Below are positions 41,266 to 54,949 of a DNA stretch of 64,000 nucleotides, piece by piece. The notes beneath the pieces are model-generated. The model saw only the letters and a list, made by a program, of their open reading frames with translations, had not been told where the DNA came from and ran no database searches. Source of the stretch: Octopus sinensis (lineage: Eukaryota); NCBI RefSeq assembly GCF_006345805.1, contig NC_043006.1:12524001-12588000 (forward strand). Reading direction: 5' to 3'. The translations under genes were made by a program, and so were the position numbers. Each line of letters begins with the position of its first letter. Position 1 is the stretch's first letter.

Positions 41266-41851
41266 GCGTGTGTGTGCATGTTTGTATTGCTACTTCAGTG
41301 ATGGAAAAAACTGAACAATTAGACACGTCTCGACAGAAATAACACGAATTATGAAAAACACTTTTCTGAGTTGTTGCTTTATTTATACATTTCCTAAACG
41401 AGCCTGTTTCTCTCTAATAACTTGTGAAAATTCGCTTAATCTTAGCACGTGTAAGACAAATTTCCAATTATCTTAATTCTTAACAAACACGTTTCATTAA
41501 TAGTCAATGAGAACTGACATCTTTTTGTAGTTTTTTCTTGGATTTTGACTGGAAAAGAGCGGTTTTTCGAGTTGATTGTTGTGTTACATGCTTTTTACAA
41601 AATCTCAGGTTCGCATCTTTCCGTAGATAATTCGATGATGTGATAAATGTTCCAAACTGTATCTATGGGATTTTCTAACATCCTCCTGCATCATAATTAG
41701 TGTGGGGTTGCTGGGAAATTATTGACTTACATTGGTTGAATGGGTAATAAGATTCTACCCAGATTTTATCCTCTCTGTGGTAAAAGTCATTTTCAGTAAC
41801 CTCCGATAGATCTCATACTTGAAATAGGTTTTATGGAAACTGTATCTCTCT

Positions 41852-42262
41852 CTTTTTACTCTTTTACTTGTTTCAGTCATTTGACTGCGGCCATGCTGGA
41901 GCACCGCCTTTAGTCGAGCAAATCGACCCCCGGGACATATTCTTTGTAAGCCCAGTACTTATTCTATCGGTCTCTTTTGCCGAACCGCTAAGTGACGGGG
42001 ACGTAAACACACCAGCATCGGTTGTCAAGCAATGCTAGGGGGACAAACACAGACACACAAACACACACATACACACATATATATATATATACATATATAC
42101 AACAGGCTTCTGTCAGTTTCCGTCTACCAAATCCACTCACAAGGCATTGGTCGGCCCGGGGCTATAGCAGAAGACACTTGCTCAAGATGCCACGCAGTGG
42201 GACTGAACCCGGAACCATGTGGTTGGTTAGCAAGCTACTTACCACACAGCCACTCCTGCACC
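41852..42262 (-). mobile_element. SINE family B, full length, young
   Basis: tRNA-like head (tggctgtgtggtaag; gggttcagtccc), internal microsatellite, and tail ggcggtgctccagcatggccgcagtcaaatgactgaaacaagtaaaagagtaaaaag. Confidence 0.93.
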
Positions 42263-43029
42263 TATAGATGTTTTTCGGCTTGATTGTATCTATTTCTAAA
42301 GACGCTGCCTTCTTAATAACGTATACTATTGCACTAATTCTGCCTTTGAATTGTGTTCTTGTTGAACCTATCTTTGGAATACTCGGCCACTTACACATTA
42401 ATTCAGTTGATCGAACCATTACATTCTCTCCGTCGAATGACAAGTATCCTCTCCTTTGAATGACGGGAATCCTCTCCGTTTATCCAAGGAGGAAAGATCT
42501 TCATTGTTACTTGTCTTGCTATAAAATAGCAATAAATTCTCCTCATTTCACAACCTGCTGTTTCTCTGAGACGGTAGGAAAGAAGAGGCTTCTCAAGCCT
42601 TCCACAGAGGAAACTCAGCCAAAGATACTAAACAAGCCAAGAGTGACATTAAGAAGAGCAACGAATTAAACAGACTATTTGAGTAGGCTATGGTGAAATT
42701 AGAATGCAAAGGGAGTAGAAGAATACTTCAAGGCATGTGGTACATCGTATTAATAGTTCCAGCGATTTATAACCCTTGATTGGAAGCTATTGAGCTATAT
42801 CTACAAATCGTAGATACTTTACCAGAGCTAAAATAGCTGAAATGATAAATAGAACTTCGTGAAGAAAAAAATCATTCATTCGATAGGGAAATATTCGACG
42901 AACGCCTTCTGCATACAAATCATATAAATAAGTAGTGGCTAATATAACCAATGTATTAAGAACAAAACATTTTTATTGCTTCACACTGGTGACTTAGTTA
43001 TATAAAGTTTATATTCTTCAGACTTCATT

Positions 43030-43225
43030 ACTTATGTACTAAATAAAGTTCCTGGCTTTAGGGGTGTTGCGAAAGGCCTGGTTGGAAGACCAATATTCCA
43101 AGCTCTTTTGTAGGGTTTAGAAAAACTGAAGACCGCAGCAATAAGTGTGTGAATGAGAGATGATTATCTGATCCACCTGTAATTTCTTTTACCAAAAGCC
43201 AGTAACATTTCAGCACACACTTGTA
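43030..43225. mobile_element. Mariner-type MITE, decayed (inverted relative of 52211-52428)
   Basis: aaagttcctggcttt ... aaaagccagtaacattttcagcacacacttgta. The internal sequence matches the reverse complement of 52211-52428. Confidence 0.65.
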
Positions 43226-43895
43226 TCGTATTCACTATAATAACATAATTTGAACATAGCGACTTTCGATGTATTAATTATTGCCTAATACTAAAAAAAA
43301 AACAGAGAAATATATCCACACCCAGCCACCGTCAAAAACTCTTCAGATCAGATGGAAAAACCGTGATTACTTCAGAAATAAATGGATTACGTTAGCAAAT
43401 GTTTAATCGATTAATCACTAAGCAAATTATGGTAGAAATAATTTCGAAAGAGATAATGAAATTCTTATGTGACTGAATGTCGCCAACGGCTCAGATTCCA
43501 TGCGGAAATATCTTGTAGGCAATATAATAGTCATAGTTTATCTACTAAACAATCGTATCCCTCCAATCGATCGTCAAATATAATCGAGATTCTCTCTCTG
43601 ATTGCTATTTATTTCGTTGCTTACGTATAAATTATGAATTGAATTTTAGTTATAGCTTTATATATATAGCTTTAGTCAAATTACATATCTTTGCTGAAAT
43701 TACGTTCCACTTTCTATACGAGATATCACTTAATTTGTCTAATTGAGGATTACCGATGATAATTAAATTGAACATAGTAGAGGTTAATCATTATGTGATA
43801 TCAGATTTACAATCTAGCAGCAAGTACATGCACACACACGCACACAAACACACACACACACATACACACACGCGCGCGCGCGCATACAGATACGC

Positions 43896-43927
<32 letters not shown>

Positions 43928-44695
43928 GAAATATGCATAATATATATGTGTTATATATATATACATAGTATATATATATATATATATATATATTGGCCTT
44001 TTGGGGTCTCGCAGCGGTCGCAGTAACATGATCTGTTTCTCTGCCCTAAAGCTCAATTACTAACACGGCAGCTGAATTCAATTCGTTTCCAGTCGAAAGA
44101 CGCCTGTTGTGATGTCCTGTTATTTCTTATTATTATTGTTTTTTTCGTATTTTGTATTTATATTCTCGTAACATCGTCCATTTTCCCGTCCTTGTTTCGT
44201 ATACATTCGAAGCTTTTTTCCAAGGAATCTAATGCTCTTCGCTTAGTTTTTCCTTGGGGCTGGCCAGATTGGAGCAATCTCAAGATTAATCAGCCGAAAT
44301 TACGAGGATGATCCGGTTCTTGACTGAAGATTAAAGGCTTCGAATGACCCATCCGTGTTTTTTGTATCGTCTTCTGGATGTTTTGCCTTCTTGTTCCATT
44401 TTGTATTTACTTACATCTATATATATATGTCATGCACATACGTATACATATACACGTATGTGTATATATATATAAATTATACATAATATGTATATATGTA
44501 TTATACACACACACACACACACGTACATATAGGAGCACACAGTCGGTCACGATGTCGAGGGTACCAGCTGATACGATCAACGGAACAGCTTATATGAGTA
44601 AGGCGAGATCCAGCGTGCTGTGACCAGCGGTATCGAATGGACATATACAGGAGTGGCTGTGTGGTAAGTATCTAACCCCCTAAACAGTTAAAACC

Positions 44696-44918
44696 TATTT
44701 CTTTATTACCCACAAGGGGCTAAACACAGAGGGGACAAACAAGGACAGACATAGGTATTAAGTCGATTACATCGACCCCAGTGCGTAACTGGTACTTAAT
44801 TTATCGACCCCGAAAGAATTAAAGGCAAAGTCGACCTCGGCGGAATTTGAACTCAGAACGTAACGCAGACGAAATACCGCTAAGCATTTCGCCCGGCCTG
44901 CTAAAGTTTCTGCCAGCT
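44696..44918 (-). mobile_element. SINE family A
   Basis: Near-consensus copy located next to a truncated family B head (44648-44670). Confidence 0.92.
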
Positions 44919-45134
44919 GAGATTTTCATGTTGTAGATTTGACATGGAGCTTTCCAAAAAGGTAGAACATGCCAAGATCAGATGATGATCAAGATCTACG
45001 CATATAATTAAACGAACAAATGAAATTAAACATTAGTTTTTCAGTCAACATACACTTTACCGCTGTATAAAAAGTATTAAACGAATCAAAAGCGTATTGT
45101 ATACCATAGGTATCATGCCAAGGTCAGATGTTGA

Positions 45135-45690
45135 TGAAGGTGTACTACTGCCGCCGTATTCCTACCGTTCTATGTCACGCTGGTGAGACCCATATTCGAG
45201 TACGGGATTCAAGCCTCTTCTCCTCATCTCCTCAAAGACATACATCATCTCGAAAGAGTCCAGAAGCTGGCTACCCGCATGGTTCTTGGTCTCAAGCATT
45301 TGTCTTATGAAAAAGGCTAAAGACGCTCGACCTTTATTCCCTAGAAAAACGACGACGCCGTGGTGATCTCATTCTCGCTCACAGTATCATAAGCGGAAAG
45401 TGCAACCTCTCGAAAGAGCTGTTCTTCACTCCTGCTCCAGACCGTGTCTGCGGGGTCACTCCGAAAAGCTGTATCTACGACGATTTCATCTCAATCGAAG
45501 GAGGGGGGCTTTCTCCGTCCGGGTTGCGGATCCGTGGAATAAGCTTCCGGACAAGATAGTGAAGAAGCCGACGACCGCTCGGTTCAAAATCTCTCTTTGT
45601 ATGACCACCCTCCCTGTACATAACTCCCTGTCCTCCTACATGGCCTTGCTTCTGCTTTTATAGCCAATAAAAATTGAATTGAATTGAATA
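45135..45690 (+). mobile_element. CR1-clade LINE 3' fragment
   Basis: VRPIFEYG..SPHLLKDIHHLERVQKLATRMVLGLKHLSYE..LKTLDLYSLEKRRRRGDLI...RGHSEKL...FSVRVADPWNKLP, with an (AATTG)n tail. Confidence 0.9.
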
Positions 45691-46194
45691 CTGTGGCTGG
45701 ACCTTCTCCATCTCCTGGCCGTCTCTACGATTGTCTTCATGGCGTTCATTACTCTGCTAAACTAGTTATTATTTGGGGTTGAAAGCAGCGGCCAGCTGGC
45801 AGATCAGGACTTCTAGGAGGAGCCCAAACCTTTTCGTGATGCCTGCCAGTATCGCGTCTACCAGAGAACTGCAGCACAGGATATGTTTGAGCTTGCTCCC
45901 CTTAACTTCATGATGGTAGCCGCTACAGTTGGCACAGGGCTCCTGAGTGAGGCCTGGTCCTCCCCATGGATCTTGGCAACATTAATCCCCTGGGTGTACT
46001 CCATCAGGAACCGACATCAGAATCAATGAAGGTCTGCAGTTTCAGCTGTCATCAGCCATTGGTTAGCTCCCGTACTCCTCTATATAATATATATACGTAT
46101 GCATAAACATCACACACATAAAAACATACATATACATGTATATGAACACAAACCTGCACCTTTACAGATATATATACATATATGTATATATACG

Positions 46195-46794
46195 CGAGAA
46201 AGAAGCAACAAGAATGGATAGGTTTTTAGTACGATCGTTTCATACAAGGACAGGTTTTATTAAAAGTTGCAAAGATTACAGCATATAAACGAGTCCCGTA
46301 CTCATCAGCTAAAATACATGTAAGTTCTCTAGACATCCTAGTGTTTGAGGCTATACTCATGAAGTAATGTAGATAATTAAACAGATTTCTAAAGTTCATT
46401 AAAGTTCTTTAAAGATGATGTACAGTCTTATCACAGAATTTTAAAAAAGTTTTGATAGCATCACAGAGAAGGTGACCTAATCCATATGAATTTCCATAGA
46501 TATGATGAGGGATTATATACTCACAGAAGACAAATTTATCCATTGTTAATTACAACGAGGTGGGTCTCAATTCCTGCTTATTAGCATTACAGAGAGGGTG
46601 AATTAATCCTTTGTATAGATGCACAGATTCCAATGGTGTAGATGTAAATTTCCAGAGAAATGGAGATGAATTTCATATTCACAGGCGATAAATTTTTCAA
46701 TGGTTGAACACAATGAGGTAGGTATCAATCCTTGTTATATGATTAGGTGTTTGCCACATTAATCACATTACTGTTATTCACAAGAGGCTGTAGC

Positions 46795-46795
<1 letters not shown>
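46195..46795 (-). mobile_element. Hammerhead-carrying module between microsatellites (Penelope pLTR or retrozyme-like)
   Basis: Contains the hammerhead and an internal diverged direct repeat (about 46485-46580 vs 46640-46740). It is bounded by (TA)n-rich tracts. Confidence 0.55.
46224..46314 (-). ncRNA. Type I hammerhead ribozyme with an intact core
   Basis: Minus strand: UUUUAG CUGAUGA GUACGGGAC...GUCCUUGUAU GAAA CGAUC GUA CUAAAA. It has a 6-bp helix I, a long helix II, a palindromic helix III (ACGAUCGU) and a GUA cleavage triplet. Confidence 0.85.
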
Positions 46796-46840
<45 letters not shown>

Positions 46841-46907
46841 TGTTCATTTGTATGTGTGTATATACGTACACATATACATATATATACATAGATATATATA
46901 TATATAC

Positions 46908-46940
<33 letters not shown>

Positions 46941-47082
46941 AATACATACATATATATACATACATATATACACACACATATATATATACACAGACATATA
47001 TACACACATACATATATATACACACATACACATATATACACACACACACATATATACACACACATATATGTACACACACACT

Positions 47083-47116
<34 letters not shown>

Positions 47117-47715
47117 CATACACAAACGCACACACACACATAGTGTGACCACGTGAGAGAGAGAAAGAAAGAGAAGGAGAGAGAAACTGAGAAAGATTCA
47201 CAAATAATCTTATTACAATAACGCAAGGAGGAGATAAACAAATATAATGTATGGTGTCAGACAAGCGAAACATTTGAGTGAAAAATCGTGAAAGTGTAAA
47301 GGAAGAAAACATAAGTGTGTGTGTTTCTATGTTTGTGTATGTGTGTATATATATATACCGACACATTCATACACATACAAGCAATGACGCGAACACACAT
47401 ACATAAAAGTATTCTATTTGTCGCTCCATTTTGCGTCAAATCTTACAAGTCAATTTCATAAAAAATAATCTTTCTGTGGAAAGAATAATAAATATTTCAT
47501 CAGACACATCCGTTCAAATATGCATAGTATAGACTCTTTCATAGCAGAAAGTTTTCCGTAAACAACTGATCATCCCCGGCTATTCTTTGCTGATCAACCA
47601 TGTCTGATTAGTAAATAATATTTCATTGTTTTTTAATTATATATTAATTAAATATCTACGAAACTGACTGGTAAGTCTTGACTGATTCTGACGAAAAAGT
47701 TATGGTTCTGTAGAA

Positions 47716-47878
47716 AGTGGCTGTGTGGTAAGTAACTTGCTTACCAACCACATGGTTCCGGATTCATTCCCACCGCGTGGCACGTTGGGCAAGTGTCTTC
47801 TACTATAGCTTCGGGCCGACCAAAGCCTTGTGAGTGGATTTGGTAGACAGAAAATGAAAGAAGCCCGTCGTATATATG

Positions 47879-47917
<39 letters not shown>

Positions 47918-48131
47918 ACGTGTGTATGTTTGTGTGTCTGTATTTGTACCCATGACATCGCTTGACAACCCACGGTGGTGTGTTTGCGTACCCGTAACCT
48001 AGCGGTTCGGCAAAACAGACCGATGGAATAAGTACTAGGCTTACGAAGAATAAGTCCTCGGGCCGATTTGCTCGACTAAAGGCGATGCTCCAGCATAGCC
48101 GCAGCCAAATGACTGAAACAAGTAAAAGAGT
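47716..48131 (+). mobile_element. SINE family B, near full length
   Basis: Colinear with the reverse complement of 41852-42262. Confidence 0.92.
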
Positions 48132-48330
48132 ACGTTTCCATTACGCTTTTTATCTTCTGAATTATGAAACCGCATGGGAAAAATACACATACACAAACAC
48201 ACACACAATGCACGCACATACACACAGATATAGATTCACAGTTAGATGGGTACATATACACACACACACACACACACAATGCACGCACATACACATAGAT
48301 ATAGCTTCACAGTTAGATGGGTACATATAT

Positions 48331-48426
<96 letters not shown>

Positions 48427-48454
48427 GCACATACAAATTTCGTTTATTCTTCCA

Positions 48455-49028
48455 TTTGTTTTTACTTATATCGGTAATTTGACTCTGGCCATGCTGCAGC
48501 ACCGTCTTTAGTCGAACAAATCAACCTCCGAACTTATTCTTCGTAAGCCTAGTACTTATTCTATCGTTATCTTTTGCCGAACCGCTAGATTACGGGGCCG
48601 CGAATATACCAGCATCGGTTTCAAGCGATTGTGGGGGGACAAATACAGACACACAAATACATACATGTATATATGTATGACGGGCTTCTTTCAGTCTCCG
48701 TCTGCTAAATCCACTCACAAGGCTTTGGTCGTCCAGAGCTATAGTAGAAGACACCTGCCCAAGTTGCCACGCAATGGGACTCTACCCGGAACAATGTTGT
48801 TGGAAAGCAAGCTTCTTTATTTCATTGAATTTGCCACAAGGGCAATACGCAGAGAAGCTTGCGGGCTGGACACGGACATTAATGAGATGAATAATAATGA
48901 TACAAGGATGATAAGTATGGGAGAAGATGAAAAGCGCCCGCCGACTTTCGATTCTCTAAATCATCGTTCCATTAAAACGTCACATTGAGGCAGTAAACCT
49001 CTTACACACTTCACACAGCCACTCCTGA
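48455..49028 (-). mobile_element. SINE family B interrupted in its head by an insert of about 180 bp (48817-49000)
   Basis: The body runs 48455-48816 and the head resumes at cacacagccactcctg, about 49012-49026. Confidence 0.8.
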
Positions 49029-49211
49029 CTTAATATATATATGCGTGTGTGCGCGCGTGTGTATACATATATATATATATATGTACTACACAGCCACTGC
49101 AGGAAATGTATCAGGACATGAAATGTAAAAGCCGGACTACACTACTTTATGCACAACTCCATTGTCTCCCGAGACAAAAAGGATGCCAACATATATATAT
49201 ATATATATATA

Positions 49212-49416
49212 TATTTCTTTACTACCCACAAAGGGCTAAACATAGAGGGGACAAACAAGGACAGACAAACGGATTAAGTCAATTACATCGACCCAGTGCG
49301 TAACTGGTACTTATTTAATCGACCCCGAAAGGATGAAAGGCAAAGTCGACCTCGGTGTAATTTGAACTGACGAAATACCGCTTAGCATTTCGCCCGGCGT
49401 GCTAACGTTTCTGCCA
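49212..49416 (-). mobile_element. SINE family A inside (TA)n
   Basis: Matches the consensus apart from a short internal deletion. Confidence 0.9.
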
Positions 49417-49457
49417 TATATATATATATATATACAAAGATGGAGATAGATAGATAC

Positions 49458-49520
<63 letters not shown>

Positions 49521-49529
49521 TATAGATAA

Positions 49530-49620
<91 letters not shown>

Positions 49621-50829
49621 CATGATAGACAAATAGATAAATACGTACGTACATACATACATATACGTACGTTTATACATATATACATAGATTGAGAGCC
49701 AGAAAAATGAAATAGGTAATTTGAGAGAGGGAGAGAGAGAGAGAGAGAGAGGGAGGGAGGGAGGAAGAATAGCAATGGTGCAGTCTGTTGTCTAGAATAA
49801 CAATCGTAGTGAAGTTTAAAGAGCACGAAACAGTGAAACAAGATGGTTGATGAAGGGACACAAATAAATAAACGCAAGAGAGGTAAACAAGTATTATCGA
49901 ATTAGCGAAGCACTCTCTACATGAAGACAAACTTTTAGTAAACTTATCGAGCAATGAAATGGACTGATAGACTGCATTGAAAGATGCAGATAAAATTCAT
50001 GTACGTATTTCTCCCAACTTATCGGCTTATATTGTAAAGGATATAGAGCAATACTCTACCAACAAAATTCACTTAACGAAGAATTGAAAAATTCTTTCAG
50101 AGTGCTACATTAGCGTTAGACATTTGATCATGTCACAAATAGGTGATCCTAAGACAAACAAACTGTTCTATTATAAATGGTATTGATCCTGCATTGTTTG
50201 CTGCTGCAAATCGTACCATTATAAGTTAGAAAAAAAAACGAATATGTTGTAGTTTTTTTTTCTCTGATAAAATTTCGTAACTTAATCGCATATCGTTTCT
50301 AAATGCACTTTTTGCTTCGTTGAAGGATTTATAAACTGTGTTTACAATTCTAAGTATAGTAAACACTTAAGAGGTAGAAGCTATAGTCAATATGTTACCG
50401 AATAAGTAGTTAGAATGTCAGCGGATTCTAGAGGGAGACCAGCATCACGCTATGACTAAGAGCACACGCACGCAAAAAAAAAATCCTAATTTCAAGAGTT
50501 TTAAATAGAAACTACATTCGGAAAAGGAGTAGATGCATCATTTATTGATACTCACTTGACAGACTAATGGAAGCAAAGACGTCACATACTGAATTTTTAA
50601 ATTCTTTGTACAGGTTTGGAAGAAAAGGAATAGACGTATCGTTCGTTATTATGCCCCAGATACTCTAAATAACGATGGAGATTTTAGAAAAATCCCACGG
50701 ACACACAAATACATACATGTACGAAGAATAAGTCCGGAAGTCGATTTGCTCGACTAAAGACGGTGCTCCAGCATGACAAGAGTCAAATTACTGATATAAG
50801 TAAAAAAGTTGAAGAATAAAAGAAATGTG

Positions 50830-50873
<44 letters not shown>

Positions 50874-50884
50874 ATATACTTATG

Positions 50885-51090
50885 CCATGATAGGTCGTTA
50901 GCCACTACACATTTTTTCTCTCCTTCTTTCTCTCCTTGTTCTTTTTTTTCTGTGTTCCTTTCTGTAGAAGAGCGTAGGCTCGAAATGTAAAAGACTTTTT
51001 TCTATTCCTGAGCGTTATACTAATACATCTGTTTGTTTTGTACACCACCTGTATTCGTCTTTTGTTTTTTTCGTAAACTCTCCCCCCTAA
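50885..51090 (+). mobile_element. pLTR/retrozyme-like module with a minimal hammerhead variant (50958-50993)
   Basis: cttt CTGTAGA a gagc-gtag-gctc GAAA T GTA aaag, flanked on both sides by (TA)n. Confidence 0.65.
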
Positions 51091-52210
51091 ATATATATAT
51101 ATATATATATATATTCGGGGTATGGAACCACCCAAATCGAAATTCATTCTAATGTAATGTGAAATTTAATTAAATGTTGACAGCTGTAATATTGATTAGC
51201 CCTGGATCAGCTCTGATCGAGAATACTAATGATCAACGCGCCCCATCCTAAACAAGATTTTGTCAAATGTATCTTTCCTGCTTTTATTTTAATGCATGCA
51301 AGATATAATTTTTGGGGAAAGATTTAGATGATATTGCTACGGATTGCAAATGTTCCATCTTTCTTTCTGGTGATGCTGTTGCCGCTGTTTTTTGGGGGTT
51401 TTTTTTTGCTGCTTCTGTTACTGTCGTGGTTTTTTCGGCATAACGCTGATCAGCGCTGATCAAGTTTAAATATAATCAATATTTCAAGTGCGGCCATTTG
51501 CTCTCTTTCATGAAGGCAAAGTTATCGGTGAGTACATTATCAAATGTATTCTTTCATTGTTGAGGAATTCTGGATTGCTATTTCTTGTGAGCCAATACAC
51601 ATTTTCTCCTTCCTCGTTAAACTGACCATTTAGAGAGATGTTTAAAAGAATAAATTATTAATAGGGAATAACCTTTCCCTATCAACACACCAGGTTGGTA
51701 ACCACGTATGGCAGTACACATTCACAGTAGACCTATATGCTGGCCGAAAAAATATCACTGTTCTCCGCTAGTTCGGAGTTGCGGCTTTCATCCTAGTTCC
51801 TTATGGAGAGAATTCCTTCCAGGAATGACCTACAATCTGGAGCAAATAAGTCAGGAACAAAAGTTGAGGTTAAACATTATATCTGTTGATGTTGTTGCTT
51901 TGAATAATGGGACACAATATTTTAAAGGTCAACTCGAGCTTAGAAATATTCTCCCGTTTTCATTCTAAGATATCAAGGGATAGGAAGTAATTGTGAAAAT
52001 ATACTAGACAGTCTAGTAAGGGAATTACACGTATGCGCATGTATATATGGCCTGTACTTACATAAAGTTAGATATAAATGAACTTACAATGACCGGTGAA
52101 GCGTTGTATATGATGTAGTCTCACATATTTTGATGGGTGATATTTGAAAGTAAATGAAGCTATTATAGAATACATGGAAAATTACATGATACCATTTGCC
52201 TGTTATCATA

Positions 52211-52428
52211 CGAGGACCTACTGAAAAGTTCCTGGCTTTGAGTAAAAGAAAATACACGAGGATAAATTAATTCTGATTCTATTCAACATATTCTCCTCTC
52301 AGATCCGCACATTTATTGGCAGTGGTCCTTCAGTTTTCCTAAGCCCTGTAAAAGAACTCAGAATGTTCATCATTTAAACAAGCCTTTCCCGATACATTTT
52401 CAGTCAGGAACTTTTCAACAACCGCTCG
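52211..52428. mobile_element. Mariner-type MITE with TA TSD
   Basis: TA|cgagg....ctgaaaagttcctg ... caggaacttttcaacaaccgctcg|TA. Confidence 0.85.
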
Positions 52429-52867
52429 TATATAATATACCAGAATCCGAATGGCCCTGTGGAGTTGATATAAGATTTTGCTCAAATTTAACTCAAGTAA
52501 ATAGATTATACTTCTATAAAGTATAAAGCATTTTAACAATTTTCTCTATATACAATTCCTAATAATATCTAATCATAAAACTACAATACGATATTTTAAA
52601 TATTGAATGACTACAGGGGTCAAGTTAGGTAAAATAAGAATTAAGAAGTGATATAAAAGGATAACAAATGAACTGATTCCTTGAAAACGCTTACAGGTGC
52701 TATTCCACCGTTGCAATTCGACATACTTTCAGAAGAAACCATTGTTGATCTGAACCTTAGGCATGAAATACGAAACGTCGGAAAGTGAATTAGGTTGTGC
52801 ATCTTTCAAGCTTACTTCATTGATAACAGTGTTATAAACATATGGTTGAGAATCGCTTATATATATG

Positions 52868-53280
52868 TTTCTTTATTACCCACAAGGGGCTAAACACAGA
52901 GAGGACAAACAAGGACAGACAAAGGGATTAAGTCGATTACATCGACCCCAGTGCGTAACTGGTACTTAATTTATCAACCCCGAAATGATGAAAAGCAAAG
53001 TCGACCTCGGCGGAATTTGAACTCAGAACGTAACGACAGGCGAAATACCTACTTCTTTATTACCCACAAGGGGCTAAACATAGAGAGGACAAACAAGGAC
53101 AAACAAACGGATTAAGTCGATTATAACGACAACAGTGCGTAACAGGTACTTATTTAATCGACCCCGAAAAGATGAAAGGCAAAGTCGACCTCGGTGGAAT
53201 TTGAACTTGGAACGTAACGGCAGACGAAATACGGCTACACATTTCGTCCGGCGTGCTAACGTCTCTGCCAGCTCGCCGCC
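52868..53280 (-). mobile_element. SINE family A dimer (one head plus two bodies)
   Basis: Junction aaagaagta|ggtatttcg at 53050/53049. A TSD-like aatcg(c/t)ttatatatat lies at 52851-52866 and 53283-53298. Confidence 0.92.
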
Positions 53281-53582
53281 CTAATCGTTTATATATATAT
53301 GCTGCAACAAAAGCAACTGGCTATTGCAAAGAGTGTTGTGAAAGACATGAATTTGAAGTAAGTCACGATAATATTTTTCAGCTATTTCTTTACTTAGTGA
53401 AAGTGTCACCTGATGTTCTTGACCATTATGTGTCCGATAAAGAAATCATTCCTAGAAAGCCACACGAGATAGGACAAAATCAGACATTGTTAAGAATTTA
53501 TTTTACCAGTAGAAGGCAAGAAGAAAGATTTCATATGTGATTATAATTATTGCAAGTTAATATTCTACACACACACAGAAAC

Positions 53583-53650
<68 letters not shown>

Positions 53651-54949
53651 ACACAAATATATGAATTCTATTTTAATGTCTCGTATTTTCTTCTCAGCAA
53701 TTAATTTGGTGATTAAAGAAACCATTTATTACTCTTTTTTCTCAAATGGCGATATTTTTTATACATGCATAATTAATAAAAACAAAAAACGGAAAACATT
53801 AGAATTTTATTTCGTAGGGGGGACCTCAAGAAAGAATCGATGAAGCTCTATAAAATCGCATTGTCCATATTTCTAAAAAAAAAAACTGAATAAATATATA
53901 ATATAAAAATTTAAATAATATAATATAAAAAGATAGAATAATGTTTCAAAAATTATTAATGTTTGTCCTGTAGTTTTATAATGATCAGACCTAAAGGTGT
54001 TATTGATTTTTATGTTTTTGTTGTGTTTTGCGAGATTTTCTCGTTGTTTTTATTGTTCTTTTCTTTTTGTTACTTGTATGTGAAGGGGTGGGAGCTGTGT
54101 CACATTTAAAATATTAGCAATATTAAGGATGTTGCGAAGTCGTTTCAAACGGAAACAGTAGTTCCGTCTCTTCTAGTTATCATTAGATATTTGCATAGTT
54201 TAATGGTGAACACCATTAAAATTGAAGCATCATCGTCATCATCATCATCATCATTACCGTCAGCAGCAGCAGCAGCAGCCATCGAATAACATCAAAGCAA
54301 AGAAATCAGTTATTATAACTCACATGTAAGGACACGTAGCTAAGTGTCATTATATGCAGATTGAGTCAAACCACATATAAATCAATTAGAAGTGTGTTTT
54401 CACCCACTCATTCTTCTACGTTCTGATTTCTGTTGGGTTTCGATGAAAGAAACAAACTTCAAACACATAAATCGCCAAAGATTGTCTGTCTGTGTTTGCT
54501 TGGCTTTGATAATTATTTCATAAGAAATTGTATTAATAATTATGTTGCGGAGGCATTGTAAAAGAAATTTCTCTATGTTGGATGTTATGAGGGACGTATT
54601 TAAATATTAAAATAGAAAAAAGTTGTTAAATTCAAAAGTTTGTCTTTATTAACAATCCGAGCGTTTTCTCATATTAGTAATATTAGGTAAGAGACATCAG
54701 TAAATCAGAAGAAAATAAGCAACGAAAAATGAAGGAAAATAGAATTCAGAGGTTCTTGAAAAACATAGTCAGTTACGCCGCAGCAAACAATTTTGTTTCG
54801 ACTGACGAAGTTTTCCCTAATTGATAATTTTGAGGAAGACGAAATAAGTCATCACTGAATTATTAATAAAACTCTCTAAAATCGTAGCACCTGGATTGAC
54901 ACACTGCACAGAAAACACTGAAATTAGTCGAATATATTAAAATAAATAT

